Virus record (IMG/VR): IMGVR_UViG_3300002835_000001
Coordinates: 64,001-128,000 of that record
Origin: a virus
Taxonomy: Duplodnaviria > Caudoviricetes
Reading direction: 5' to 3' (one strand)
Length of the DNA stretch: 64,000 bases
Positions 37,801 through 47,985 of this stretch are shown piece after piece. Made by a program: the position numbers and the translations under genes. A model generated the notes under the pieces. That model had not been told where the DNA came from. It saw only the letters and a list, made by a program, of their open reading frames with translations, and did not search any database. Numbering within the stretch: position 1 is the first letter of the stretch; each line of letters opens with the position of its first letter.

Positions 37801-39776
37801 GAGGAAGATAAACTTCCAATACTAGAACTTAAACCAGATGTTGTTGTTGCAATAGAACTAGACAAACCCCCAATTGAAGATGTTAACGATGAACTTAAAC
37901 TTGTTATGGTACTTGTTAATCCTGATGTTGTTGTAGCAACACTAGAACTCAACTCCACAATACTTGTTGAAACAGAAGAACTAAAAGTTAAATAACCTGT
38001 TGTTCCTGTTATAATAACTTGAACCGAACCAGATATGATTGATTCGCTATCTAATTTGTTTTTAATAGTAGTATTAATTGAACTACTAAATGTATTTAAA
38101 CTACTTGTTGTTGTTTCAATAGAATCTATCCGATTTTTTGCTCCGATGGTTGTGGTTGCTATTGAACTTGAAAGAAACCCAATAGAAGAACTTAATCCTG
38201 ATGTTGTTGTTGCAATACTTGAAGATAAACCCCCAATACTTGTAGATACCGATGAACTTAACGAACTAATTGTTGAATTAATTGAACTTGATATACTTCC
38301 AATACTACTTGTTAAAGAAGAACTTAAACTTGTAATTGTACTTGTCAGTCCACTTGTTGTGGTTGCAATTGAAGAAGATAAATTTCCTACACTAGAACTT
38401 AAACCAGATGTTGTAGTTGCTACCGATGACGATAAAGAACCAATACTAGAACTTAAACCACTTGTTGTTGTTGCGATAGATGAACTTAATCCTGATGTGG
38501 TGGTTGCAACTGATGATGATAAACTTCCAATAGAAGAACTAAGTCCACTAGTTGTTGTTGCCAATGAACTTGATAAAGAACCAATTGAGGATGTCAATGA
38601 TGAACTCACACTTGTTATGGTACTTGTTAATCCTGATGTTGTTGTTGCAATACTTGAACTTAATGAACCAATACTAGAACTTAATCCTGATGTTGTTGTT
38701 GCAATACTTGAACTTAATGATGTATTTCCACCTAATAATGAACCAATACTTGTAGATACTGAAGAACTAAATGATTGTAAATCAATTCCGTCAACATTAC
38801 CTGTTAAATCTATTGAACCACTAACAATTACTGTATCACCAAAAACTATGTTGGTTCCACCTGATGAAGTTATTTTAAAACCATCTTGTATTTGTGTTGT
38901 TCCCTTTATTGATATAAGACCATTTGTTGGGTCAAATAATATATCCCCACCGCCCGATGATTTTAATTCGATGTCACCATCGGCAGATTGTAATATAATT
39001 GAATCCGAACCAGCTTCTAATATTTTAATTGATTGACCTGTGTCAGTTGTAATTGTAAGTTCCTGTGAGGTACTTCCCAATACTTTGGTACCGTCAATAT
39101 ATAATGACCCTGAAGAAATGTAAACGTCTCTCCATTGATGTGTCGTACTACCTAAATCGTATGTATTATCTACTGATGGTATAATCGAACCAGATATGGT
39201 TTGACTACCTTTAAATAAGTTACTACCAGTCGTTGCGTAATTACTTTCAATCGTTGTTAATCTATTACTTTGTGAAACATCTGTTAAAGCAATTGATGAA
39301 CTTAATAATCCTAATGAACTTGATATTGAACTTGATATTGACGATGTATATGATTGAAATGTTGTTTCATCTAATTTACCTACTCCGACCGCAATACCAT
39401 TCAATGATAAGGTTCCTGCAATTGCTACCGAACCTGTAAATTGATGTACATCGTTGTTATCGTTACCAAACATAGATGAACCACTAGCGAAACTTGTAGT
39501 CATATAAGTTACCGATGAACTTACAATATAGTTGGTTGCAATAATTGACCCTGTAACGGATAAATCACCTTGAATTTGGGTATTTTTATTAACGGTAAAA
39601 CCCGTTGATGAAATTGATGCTGTGGCGTTTCCGCTTGCTATTTGTGATAGGTTTAGACCTGTAACACCTGATGCCGGAAGGTTATATAAACTTCCACCAT
39701 CCCCTTTAAATGAACCTGTAAATAGGGAAGCTGTTATTGAGCCTGAAACCGAGGCGATTGAACCGTAAAATTCCAT
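34890..39776 (-). CDS. Long tail fibre-like protein (1628 aa)
   Basis: Ser/Thr repeats, shared fibre modules, internal duplication; C-terminus NSYNLGSASLGWANVYTNDLHLSN...WTIQEG..NLYIIN. Confidence 0.7.
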   Translation of the reverse strand: MEFYGSIASVSGSITASLFTGSFKGDGGSLYNLPASGVTGLNLSQIASGNATASISSTGFTVNKNTQIQGDLSVTGSIIATNYIVSSSVTYMTTSFASGSSMFGNDNNDVHQFTGSVAIAGTLSLNGIAVGVGKLDETTFQSYTSSISSSISSSLGLLSSSIALTDVSQSNRLTTIESNYATTGSNLFKGSQTISGSIIPSVDNTYDLGSTTHQWRDVYISSGSLYIDGTKVLGSTSQELTITTDTGQSIKILEAGSDSIILQSADGDIELKSSGGGDILFDPTNGLISIKGTTQIQDGFKITSSGGTNIVFGDTVIVSGSIDLTGNVDGIDLQSFSSSVSTSIGSLLGGNTSLSSSIATTTSGLSSSIGSLSSSIATTTSGLTSTITSVSSSLTSSIGSLSSSLATTTSGLSSSIGSLSSSVATTTSGLSSSIATTTSGLSSSIGSLSSSVATTTSGLSSSVGNLSSSIATTTSGLTSTITSLSSSLTSSIGSISSSINSTISSLSSSVSTSIGGLSSSIATTTSGLSSSIGFLSSSIATTTIGAKNRIDSIETTTSSLNTFSSSINTTIKNKLDSESIISGSVQVIITGTTGYLTFSSSVSTSIVELSSSVATTTSGLTSTITSLSSSLTSSIGGLSSSIATTTSGLSSSIGSLSSSIATTTSGLSSSIATTTLGIKNRVDSIESKTGSYATTGSNIFQGTQTITGSLYISQNLIVQGSSSLENITASAVSIGTNKIILNSDTPAIRYAGISVFDSGSTNVTASLFYDSLTNNWKFQHSDVGTDDASILLYGPLGTGIDNTQTLVGNFLTKVEDNGHGHHLTTSSIFDNGSKISLNNNTEITGSLIVAGGNKLTVNAAGGDEGGEILLGKAITNTTLAGDGVTIDVWQNRLRFFEQGGNARGAFLDISTLANGVGTNLLGTAATASYVEYSNVANKPTLVSGSSQIAHDSTTGYVANRHIDHTAVSISAGNGLSGGGDISTTRTLTLDTGSVHFLDGVKKELNTEGVISGSSQISYTGLSNIPSGIVSSSAQTIANLPSGTVSGSAQVLNGTTIHSGSFFNGISVVSGSAQIDLTATTNYASGILTRLNAVGVFSGSAQVTGIGNAQLTNSSFHVGTTSISLGRASASQTLTGVSIDGTAAYATQWGTGAGYANFSSTAISSGVGWLFGTTGNGTYAPVSLASVSSLLNLSGTNTGDETLARINALAITTVGTITSGTWNGTAIANANLANSSFHVGTTSISLGRASASQTLTGVSIDGNAATATTAPNGSNSNSFYNVTAGNGNGIKFWDSDAYKISMGNSSLYQYGTVTDYSIKTQMNDADPGRGFTWGRLSTAPIASLNATSGNMQIAGTFASSNYSGASSGTNTGDETLARINALAITTVGTITSGTWNGTAIANANLANSSFHVGTTSISLGRASSSQTLTGVSIDGNAATATSATTAGSTGTLSSNAVTSGYLVIGGNYSNNAHSSVDSTRLFFGGGDTDAITNYYIGTNKENFGGNHAKLDLRWHTGIRMGAQSSYGGIRFYDSEDLGTVLFSIGTSDSNVRSHTNLLPSSNNSYNLGSASLGWANVYTNDLHLSNMNKPEGNDIDGTKGTWTIQEGVENLYIINNNNGEKFKIVLEKI
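35440..36200 (-). repeat. Internal duplication of about 75 aa in the 1628-aa fibre
   Basis: SGTNTGDETLARINALAITTVGTITSGTWNGTAIANANLANSSFHVGTTSISLGRAS.SQTLTGVSIDGNAATA twice, near-identical DNA (about 35445-35680 and 35970-36200). Confidence 0.85.
37745..38760 (-). repeat. In-frame Ser/Thr 7+11 aa tandem repeat
   Basis: Repeated SSSIATTTSGL / SSSIGSL units. Confidence 0.85.
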
Positions 39777-39793
39777 TAATTTATAGTTTAACT

Positions 39794-39801
39794 ATAAATA
39801 C
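39794..39801 (-). promoter_or_regulatory. Putative late-promoter motif (AA)GTATTTAT upstream of the 1628-aa fibre
   Basis: About 18 nt upstream of the ATG at 39776. Confidence 0.5.
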
Positions 39802-39834
39802 TTAGGGAATGGGTTATGTAGAAAAAAAATTCAA

Positions 39835-40224
39835 TTAGGGAACCATTTGGGGTGGAACATTATCAACATCAGGTACTGGTAGAATTTCCGTTCTCCACAA
39901 TTGATTTTCTTCGTCCCAAATATGTACCTTACCCTCTTCTTGTTCAGGAGATTCGATAGGTGCAATCCAAATTTGATTAACCGTATCTAAAGACCATGAA
40001 TTATATGGTTTGGGTGGTAAAAAGATATCTAATTCAGGTAGATACCAATACCCAATTGCTGCATATATTTTTCTTATATTACCATTATACGATGTTTGAA
40101 TCCATGTCCCACCTAATTGTAAATCATTGGATAAATAATCATTTCCTCTATGTTGTTGTTCGTCAGGAACAACTAAAATATCAACAACTACGTTGTTAGA
40201 ATCAATTCGTGCAAAATGTGCCAT
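39835..40224 (-). CDS. Small phage protein typically paired with glycine-rich fibre proteins
   Basis: MAHFARID..NVV..ILVV, WIQTSYN, PPKPYNSW.L...W.AP; role by recollection of phage gene neighbourhoods. Confidence 0.5.
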   Translation of the reverse strand: MAHFARIDSNNVVVDILVVPDEQQHRGNDYLSNDLQLGGTWIQTSYNGNIRKIYAAIGYWYLPELDIFLPPKPYNSWSLDTVNQIWIAPIESPEQEEGKVHIWDEENQLWRTEILPVPDVDNVPPQMVP

Positions 40225-40225
40225 A

Positions 40226-41869
40226 TTATGTGTATTTGTATCTTATTATTACTATTCCACTTCCGCCGTCTCCACCTTTATTTGTTGCATTATAGTGTGC
40301 ACCACCGCCGCCACCTCCACCACTATTTGTGCCTCCGTTGCCACCTGGAGTATTAGCCCATGTACAACACGCACCTCCACCACCTGCAGCACCTACACCA
40401 ACCGATTGTCCACCACCTAGTGCAGTACCTAAAGCACCACCGCCACCACCGCCAATACCACCATATCCACCTGTTGATAGTGAATAACTACCTCCACCAC
40501 CTCCACCACCAAAGTAAAATGGTTTACCTAAAATTCCTGTAAATTTACCCGCACCACCATTGGGTTGGTTGTTTCCATCAGCTCCCGCCGCTCCCGCTCC
40601 ACCACCTCCACCGGAGTAATATGCGTTACCTTGAAAACCCCCTCTGAATCCTTGACCGGAAGTACCCGCACCTGAACCATATGTTCCTGGAGCCACAAAA
40701 TCGTTATTATAACCTGCGGACCCACCGCCTGAACCTCCTGAGTTACCAAAATGTATACCTAACCCTTGTGTGTTATATGATACACCGCCCCAACCACCAC
40801 CTATAGCAGTTAAACCATTAAATGATGAATTACCTCCATTACCACCTGTTACCGTTGGGTGTCCTCCTGTTGTTCCAGCTGGCGCACCCGCACCACCTCC
40901 ACCAACAGTTATTACATATGAAGTTGGGGTTAAAATTGTTGTTCCTGTTAGAACACCTCCACCACCTCCACCACCACCCATATTTGTTCCACCTCCACCG
41001 CCACCAGCGGCAATTAGATATTCAACTTCTATTGAACCTGAACGAAGTGATGAAAGGGTAAACGTACCACTACTATTAAATCTATGTACTCTATATTCAC
41101 CAACAGTTGTGATAACACCACCTGTTGCAACTATTTTTTGTTGTTTAAGTGCTGCCCCTTCAACGGTTACTGTTGCCGATTCTAACTTTGCCTGTCTATT
41201 GTTTAATAGGTCAGATATTGTTGGTTCCGAACCATCACATAAGTCAACTCTTGGTTCAAAAAATTGTAATCTTGTTGTGTTATCACCACAATAGTAATGA
41301 TAAGTTCTATGATTAAGAGTTGTTGTACTAGGCCCGAATTTCATATCGTTACCTACGTTACATCCATTAATACCCGACACTTTACCACTACCTATAACCC
41401 ATCTACCTGTATCTGCGTGTTGATTTGAGACCGGATAAAAATGCGGAAAAACGTGACCAACAACTAAATACCATACATTTTGAGTAAAGGTACCGGTACC
41501 AACACAATCCCAATATGGGTTACATTCTTCACCACCATCTGATAATCTTATAACACATTGTCCACCACCATTTGTACCTAAGTAAAATGTTCCACCTGCA
41601 GAAGATGATGTTCGTTTAACCCAAACAGACATTCTATATAATTTTGTGTTATCAGCACTAAAAGAACTATGATTCCAACCACCATCGTCAGCAGCACTAC
41701 CATTCGCTCTTGTTTCCCATAAAACAGAACTATTACCAAAAGGGTCTGTGCCCATTACTCTTTCGTTTTCATCCGTACTACCATTTTGACTAAAAGAACC
41801 TATTCCACCTGAACCAGTTGTCCAAGAGTATGGATCTAAAATGTTTGTTTTCCTATAGAATATTGGCAT
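40226..41869 (-). CDS. Glycine-rich domain protein (putative adhesin/fibre tip)
   Basis: HRFNSSGTF, VEYLIAAGGGGGG, many GGGGGG runs, terminal GGDGGSGIVIIRY. Confidence 0.7.
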   Translation of the reverse strand: MPIFYRKTNILDPYSWTTGSGGIGSFSQNGSTDENERVMGTDPFGNSSVLWETRANGSAADDGGWNHSSFSADNTKLYRMSVWVKRTSSSAGGTFYLGTNGGGQCVIRLSDGGEECNPYWDCVGTGTFTQNVWYLVVGHVFPHFYPVSNQHADTGRWVIGSGKVSGINGCNVGNDMKFGPSTTTLNHRTYHYYCGDNTTRLQFFEPRVDLCDGSEPTISDLLNNRQAKLESATVTVEGAALKQQKIVATGGVITTVGEYRVHRFNSSGTFTLSSLRSGSIEVEYLIAAGGGGGGTNMGGGGGGGGVLTGTTILTPTSYVITVGGGGAGAPAGTTGGHPTVTGGNGGNSSFNGLTAIGGGWGGVSYNTQGLGIHFGNSGGSGGGSAGYNNDFVAPGTYGSGAGTSGQGFRGGFQGNAYYSGGGGGAGAAGADGNNQPNGGAGKFTGILGKPFYFGGGGGGGSYSLSTGGYGGIGGGGGGALGTALGGGQSVGVGAAGGGGACCTWANTPGGNGGTNSGGGGGGGAHYNATNKGGDGGSGIVIIRYKYT

Positions 41870-41883
41870 ATAAATTAAATATT

Positions 41884-42711
41884 TTAAACTCCAAACCTTG
41901 ATCTTCCGTTATTATAATTTTGTAAAATTTCGGTTGCCGTTAACGCTCTATTATAAATTCTCACAATTGAAACACCACCATTAAACCATCTTTCACCACT
42001 TGTACTAAATCCTCTACCAATATTTACATTACCCATAGTTCCCGTCCAATTTGCAAAAGTAAGACTTGACGCATTAGTACCATTATAATAACTTAAAAAA
42101 CTACTTGCACCTGTTTTAGTAATAACAGCACAATGTATTCCCGACGAACTTAATCCTGATGGTACAACATTGACACCATTATAATTACCTGCAGCGTCTC
42201 CAACAACCCATCCTAATGTTCCATTTGAATCTTGTTCTAATCTAGGTCCAATATTACTATAACCACTAGCACCTCCATTAAACACTAACCAATTACAATC
42301 AATTGGGTTTCTATAGTTAGAAACTGAATCTGATTTAAACCAAATTTCCACAGTAAAGGTTGAAAATGAACCCACATTACCAACACTTACAAAATCAGGA
42401 GACCCACTAAAATAAATTGACCCTCCTCCATTATTGTAAGAGACTGCCGTACCACCATTAAATGTTCCGTCATATCCATTACCACTCATATCTTTCCATT
42501 GAGTGTTGCAGTTTGTACAACCGGGATTTGATGAATAATATTGACAACCATATCCACAATCATAATAATTGGATGTATTGATATATGATGCATTATTTCC
42601 AACATCTAACCATAATACCATTCCCCGTGTAATTACTGCAGGACTTGCCGCCTCACCTGTTGGATTAAAATTTGTTGCCGAAAAAGTATTCCCCCCAATT
42701 ATAATTCCCAT
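41884..42711 (-). CDS. LamG-like domain protein with a Cys-rich loop
   Basis: LWLDVG, WKDMSGNG, FTVEIWFK, IYNRALTATEILQNY. Confidence 0.8.
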   Translation of the reverse strand: MGIIIGGNTFSATNFNPTGEAASPAVITRGMVLWLDVGNNASYINTSNYYDCGYGCQYYSSNPGCTNCNTQWKDMSGNGYDGTFNGGTAVSYNNGGGSIYFSGSPDFVSVGNVGSFSTFTVEIWFKSDSVSNYRNPIDCNWLVFNGGASGYSNIGPRLEQDSNGTLGWVVGDAAGNYNGVNVVPSGLSSSGIHCAVITKTGASSFLSYYNGTNASSLTFANWTGTMGNVNIGRGFSTSGERWFNGGVSIVRIYNRALTATEILQNYNNGRSRFGV

Positions 42712-42720
42712 AAAAATATT

Positions 42721-43497
42721 TTATCTACCAAACCTACCTCTTGTTGCTTGATAATATTCGTTTATTTCATAAGGATGTAAAACTCTATTATAAAGTGATA
42801 TCATTCCAATGTCACCCCAAGGTTGACTTGATGCATTTGGGTTATTTTGGTCTCCGTTGTTGTATGCACCAACAGAACAGAAACCATGTTTAAATCTTGC
42901 GTTTGAGCTTGAAATTGACCCCCGTATAACTCCCGCAGTTTCATTATAACTAAAAAGATGATAAGGTACCTCAGCGTCATACCATCTCCAAACTAACATA
43001 TCCCAATTTGAAGTATTATATGCTGGTAAACTTTGTTGACTAAATCCATTACTATTAAAACCGGTACCATTTGTATTATCATACATACCGATAGCCCATG
43101 CTCCTGATTGAATAATCACTTGGTGGTCGGGTCCTGAACTTAAACCTCTCAATAGTGTTCTCCATTCAGCAGTACTATTCTTAACTCTTGTCCAACAAAC
43201 ACATGTTACATTACCCGATAATGGTACGTCTGAACTTGTTTTCTTTGCACAACCATATGAACCATTGAAGTCCATATACTTTGGTCCTGATGAATTGTAT
43301 GCGGATGCGTTTATAATAAAATTATATCCATTTCCACTTAAGTCATTCCATGCGGTTCCACTACCAGGATATGATTCTACATCGCCAGCATCTAAGTGTA
43401 AGACCATTCCGTCCCGTGTAATTTTTGTTTTGAATATACCACCACTAGTGATGTCACTTGAACTTATTACCTTATTGTTTTTAACATATAGTGGCAT
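42721..43497 (-). CDS. LamG-like domain protein
   Basis: LHLDAGDVESY, WNDLSGNG, LYNRVLHPYEINEYY. Confidence 0.75.
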   Translation of the reverse strand: MPLYVKNNKVISSSDITSGGIFKTKITRDGMVLHLDAGDVESYPGSGTAWNDLSGNGYNFIINASAYNSSGPKYMDFNGSYGCAKKTSSDVPLSGNVTCVCWTRVKNSTAEWRTLLRGLSSGPDHQVIIQSGAWAIGMYDNTNGTGFNSNGFSQQSLPAYNTSNWDMLVWRWYDAEVPYHLFSYNETAGVIRGSISSSNARFKHGFCSVGAYNNGDQNNPNASSQPWGDIGMISLYNRVLHPYEINEYYQATRGRFGR

Positions 43498-43498
43498 A

Positions 43499-45892
43499 TT
43501 ATATAATCTCTGTTAAATCTATTTTGAACTTCTTACCGTTCTTATGATTTATAATATACAGATTTTCTTGACCTTCCTGTATAGTCCAATCACCTGTTGT
43601 TCCATCTATTTCATTTCCACCTTCTTTACCTTCGTTACTTAGGTGTAAGTCATTGGTATATAAGTTGGCCCATCTAAGTGATGAACTACCTAAATTGTAT
43701 GAATTGTTTGCAAATGGAACCATATGACCATCTGTTTGAATTCTGATTCTTTGTACGGCATTTGACCAAAAATCTATATTTCCATTTTCTGTGTAAATAT
43801 TTAAACCTCCAGCTCCTGCCCACGATGATGCGTTTTGGTTTCCAAGCCAAATGTAAGCATTACGAGTACCCGCCTTAAAGTTCACTTGAACATATTCATT
43901 AGTCCCGGCTGATGTATTTTCAAATCTAACCATTTCACCACTTCCACGAGCATGTAATGTTAATGCCGGACTCACACCTACACCTAAACTACTAAATTGT
44001 ACTGCGTTACCCGTACCAACACTTTGGTTAATTGTATATGCGGTAATATTTGTGGCAGTACCACTAATATTCATAGATTGACCACTAAGTAATGCGGCCG
44101 CCGCTGCTGCTGTATAACTTCTATAATAGTAATCACTTGTATTATGTCCAGCAAAATAACCCATACCCGATGCATTTCTTTCAGATCCACCACCAGATGC
44201 ATTGAAATAGTTGTTAACAATATAACCGTTTGAGTCAGCAACAACTATTCTATTTGCAGTTCCGCTTGTTTGTGATGGTGTAAATCCACCGGCAGTCGTT
44301 GAATTTGTGGCCGATGTTGCATTTCCACTTAATGCTCCAGTAAATGTTGTTGCACTTACTGTTGAGAATGTTGGTGTTGATGTTGTTAATAACGCCTGAT
44401 TTAAATAAGTACCAAATCCCGTTGTTGATGTTAAACTAATTTGTGAAGAACCCGAAACAAGTCCTGATGGTATACTAGATATAGAACCAAAAGTTATTTG
44501 AGATGATCCAGATACGATACCAGACGGAATTCCAGTAAGAGAACCGAATGTTACTTGAGCACTTCCAGATATAACACCGTCCGCATTCATTTTGGTTTTT
44601 ACACCCGTAGTAAATGTTGCGGATGTTGTGTCAAGACTAATTGTCCGCGTAGATGATATGTCACCACCTCCACTTAAACCATTACCGGCACTAATTGATA
44701 CTGATGTGTGGTCAATGTGCCTATTTGCAACATATCCTGTTGTTGAATCGTGTGCAATTTGAGATGAACCAGAAACTAATGTTGTTCCTGTTGAGCTAAA
44801 TGTTCCATTAACAATTGTATTTGAAAGCATCGTAATCGTTGTTCCATCATCACTAATATTGCTATTGGTTAAATGTTCAATTCCTGTACTTTTAACTAAT
44901 CTGTTTGATGTGATATACGATTCATTACCTACATTATTATATGTCTCTGGACCCATTAACAAGACAGATGATGTAACTGAAGCTTGATTTTGGTGAACAA
45001 ATAGCCATTGATTATTAATTGAATCAAATAAAATTGAACCAGATACCTGTGGTGATGACCCACTATCAATAACTGCAAGTCCACCGAATCTAACGCTTGG
45101 ATTCAAAGCGTTAACGGTTATAATGTTATCGGCAATATTAAGAATTGATGAACTAACGTGTTGAATTGACGATGAACCAGCGACAATTAAATCTTGAGAG
45201 ATGAAAAGGGATCCGGTAATTGTTTGTGAACCTTGAAATATATTTGAACCAGTGGTTGCATAACTACCTGTTTTTGCTTCGATAGAATCGACCCGATTCT
45301 TTGTATTAAGAGTGGTAGTCGCAACTGAACTAGATAAACTTCCAATACTTGTAGATATACTTGAACTGAATGTTGAGTATCCCGTTGTTCCTGTTATTTC
45401 AATTTGTGATGAACCTGATGCAATACCTGATGGTTTTGAAGCGATATTATCCCAAGTTGTTTGAGTTATCGAACCACTCAACACATATCTACCATCATAT
45501 GATGATGTTAATTGTGATGAACCTGATACAATACCTGAAGGTATTCCCGTTAATCCTGAATATGTAATTTGTGATGAACCTGATACCAATGGTGTAACCG
45601 TTGATACGATACTACCTGATATTGTTTGATTACCAATAAAAGTATTTGAACCCGTAGTTGCTAAACTTGAACTATATGTGTTAAAAGAAGATGTTAACAA
45701 ATAACTTGGAGCCGAGGATGCTGTTAGAGCGTTTGTAATTGAACCACTCATTGTTAAATCACCCAATGTTAATCCTGTCATTCCTGATAGGTCGAGTGTA
45801 CCTCCTGAAAATGATATATTTGAACCACTTCCTGAAATAAATGATACTACATTACCCGAATTGTCTTTAAATTTAAATGCTCCGTTTGCCAT
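43499..45892 (-). CDS. Tail fibre-like protein (797 aa)
   Basis: Shared modules; C-terminus NSYNLGSSSLRWANLYTNDLHLSN...GDWTIQEGQENLYIIN. Confidence 0.7.
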   Translation of the reverse strand: MANGAFKFKDNSGNVVSFISGSGSNISFSGGTLDLSGMTGLTLGDLTMSGSITNALTASSAPSYLLTSSFNTYSSSLATTGSNTFIGNQTISGSIVSTVTPLVSGSSQITYSGLTGIPSGIVSGSSQLTSSYDGRYVLSGSITQTTWDNIASKPSGIASGSSQIEITGTTGYSTFSSSISTSIGSLSSSVATTTLNTKNRVDSIEAKTGSYATTGSNIFQGSQTITGSLFISQDLIVAGSSSIQHVSSSILNIADNIITVNALNPSVRFGGLAVIDSGSSPQVSGSILFDSINNQWLFVHQNQASVTSSVLLMGPETYNNVGNESYITSNRLVKSTGIEHLTNSNISDDGTTITMLSNTIVNGTFSSTGTTLVSGSSQIAHDSTTGYVANRHIDHTSVSISAGNGLSGGGDISSTRTISLDTTSATFTTGVKTKMNADGVISGSAQVTFGSLTGIPSGIVSGSSQITFGSISSIPSGLVSGSSQISLTSTTGFGTYLNQALLTTSTPTFSTVSATTFTGALSGNATSATNSTTAGGFTPSQTSGTANRIVVADSNGYIVNNYFNASGGGSERNASGMGYFAGHNTSDYYYRSYTAAAAAALLSGQSMNISGTATNITAYTINQSVGTGNAVQFSSLGVGVSPALTLHARGSGEMVRFENTSAGTNEYVQVNFKAGTRNAYIWLGNQNASSWAGAGGLNIYTENGNIDFWSNAVQRIRIQTDGHMVPFANNSYNLGSSSLRWANLYTNDLHLSNEGKEGGNEIDGTTGDWTIQEGQENLYIINHKNGKKFKIDLTEII

Positions 45893-45922
45893 TTTTATAA
45901 ATAGTTCATAGATTGAATTAGA

Positions 45923-46651
45923 TTAAAGTCCGAATCTACTTTTTTGAGTATTATAATTTTGTGTGACCATTGAACTTGTAAAACCAATACCTTTATAAAC
46001 TTTAACAGAAGATACCCTCATATTACCGTAGGTTCCACCCGCATTACCAATTAAAAGGGGTTCACTAGAATTGTTAACAGATTTACTAGTGAAATCACTA
46101 GAATCAACTAATGAGCCATTTACATATAGTGTAACTGTATTTGATATTCTTGTTACCACCCCGTGCATCCATCCGTTAACAATACCAGAATTTGAAACAC
46201 CACCTTCATATACACCATCGTTGGTATATAATCTAATGGCATTACTACTAGTTGATGTCATAACAATCCAATTTGATGCTGGCCATTTTGATGGAAAAGT
46301 ACCTATTATACCCTGATATGGTGTGGCTACCGATACAATATAAACCCAAACTTCAATTGTGAATTCTCCAGTGCCAAAACTCCAATTTGAAGAATATGGA
46401 ATTGTAATATAATCATTACTACCGTCAAGATTAATATAACCTTGATTATTACTACTAAATGTAGGTCCGTTTATTAATGTACCATGATTATTTTTTCCAG
46501 ACATATCATACCAATCTACACCAGAACCCGAATAAGATTCTAATGCCGATGCGTCTAAATGTAAAACCAATCCTCTTTCGATTATGTTTTTATAATCACC
46601 CACACTAGCGTGTGTTCCATCATATATGTGACCCCCAATATTAAACGGCAT
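45923..46651 (-). CDS. LamG-like domain protein
   Basis: LHLDAS, WYDMSGKNNHGTLINGPTF, LDGSNDYI, FTIEVWVY, LYVNG. Confidence 0.82.
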   Translation of the reverse strand: MPFNIGGHIYDGTHASVGDYKNIIERGLVLHLDASALESYSGSGVDWYDMSGKNNHGTLINGPTFSSNNQGYINLDGSNDYITIPYSSNWSFGTGEFTIEVWVYIVSVATPYQGIIGTFPSKWPASNWIVMTSTSSNAIRLYTNDGVYEGGVSNSGIVNGWMHGVVTRISNTVTLYVNGSLVDSSDFTSKSVNNSSEPLLIGNAGGTYGNMRVSSVKVYKGIGFTSSMVTQNYNTQKSRFGL

Positions 46652-46661
46652 AATTTATATT

Positions 46662-47984
46662 TTATAATCCAAATCTATTTTTTTGTATATTATAATTTTG
46701 TGAAATTTCGGATAATGTTAAAATTCTTTCATATAATTTATATGAACCTAAAGTCATATTTGTATAACCACCATAACCAGGTGATGTACCATATAAATTA
46801 TATGTCCCTATTGAATGACAAACGATAGATGGTCCACCATTATATGTTGTACCTGTAAAACTACTATCAAGTGAACCATTAATATAAAATTTGTATTCAT
46901 TATTTTGTGTTGTGACAGTAATATGATACCAAGTTCCAACAGTTAAGGTTGCTTGTGAAAATGAATCTATAATATATGCTGAAGTATCATACCAAATAAA
47001 TTTCAATTTATTATTTGATGCGAATTGTAGTCTTAATTCAGGATTACCGCCAGAAGCGTCAGCCAAAGTCCACCAATATGAACCATTTCCTGTTGCATTA
47101 AATTTAACCCAAAACTCTGTTGATATGATTGAAGACGTTGAGCCGGCAAATAATGACGTAGGTAAATTTAACCAATCATTTGTACCGTCAAATATCAACG
47201 ATCCACCATTTGATGAACTATATGTTGGCCCATTAACTAACGTTCCTGTATCATTTCTTTTACTAGAACGTATATATTCTAATGTTAAATCTGTAACTTC
47301 AGTACCAGACGCTTCTCCAGCAATAATACAACATCTATCTGTAGCCGAACATGCAACATCTGCCTTAATTGCTGTCCAAGGACCTGTTTTGGATGTTGAT
47401 GAATATTGAACACTTAAATTAGTCCCACTTCTCACCCATTTAAACCAATATCCTGTTGTTGCACCTCCGCCACCTGAAATTGGTGAGTGATATTGGCCAT
47501 GATGTGATGCACTATACCCATTTGGAAATCCTGATGTACTTAATGATCCACCATAAGGCCCTGTAGGATCTGCCGAATATCCATTAAAGTCAAAATGGGA
47601 TACATTTGTACCATATATTATGGCAATGCCTCTAAAATCACGAGCCCAATATGCAACGACTTCAAAATCTTCATTTGCATTAAATGTCCTATCTAAAACC
47701 ACCGCAGAATAACCTCCTTGTGCCTCCGGCTCAGAACTCCAAACTCTACCACCATTTAATAAAGTTCCTTTTATGTGAAATGTTGATGGTTGTCTCCATC
47801 CTGTTGCGAAATCTGAATTTGTTATTGAACTACTAAGGTCATTAACAACTGTTCCGGTTTCAGGATAAGAATCGGGAGCACCTGCATCCATATGAAATAT
47901 TAAACCTCTATTAATTACATTTTTGTAATTTAAAGTTTTAACTATACTACTATTAACAATATTTCCATTTATATCTAAAGGCAT
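46662..47984 (-). CDS. LamG-like protein with an extra inserted beta domain (440 aa)
   Basis: FHMDAG...about 190-aa insert...GTLVNGPTY, FDGTNDWL, WYHITVT, YINGSL, LYERILTLSEISQNY. Confidence 0.75.
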   Translation of the reverse strand: MPLDINGNIVNSSIVKTLNYKNVINRGLIFHMDAGAPDSYPETGTVVNDLSSSITNSDFATGWRQPSTFHIKGTLLNGGRVWSSEPEAQGGYSAVVLDRTFNANEDFEVVAYWARDFRGIAIIYGTNVSHFDFNGYSADPTGPYGGSLSTSGFPNGYSASHHGQYHSPISGGGGATTGYWFKWVRSGTNLSVQYSSTSKTGPWTAIKADVACSATDRCCIIAGEASGTEVTDLTLEYIRSSKRNDTGTLVNGPTYSSSNGGSLIFDGTNDWLNLPTSLFAGSTSSIISTEFWVKFNATGNGSYWWTLADASGGNPELRLQFASNNKLKFIWYDTSAYIIDSFSQATLTVGTWYHITVTTQNNEYKFYINGSLDSSFTGTTYNGGPSIVCHSIGTYNLYGTSPGYGGYTNMTLGSYKLYERILTLSEISQNYNIQKNRFGL

Positions 47985-47985
47985 A

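Noticed and set aside
65-47984. Diversity-generating retroelement acting on LamG/C1q heads
   Set aside because: No reverse transcriptase in the window, and no template/variable repeat pair differing only at adenines was seen; one elsewhere in the genome cannot be excluded
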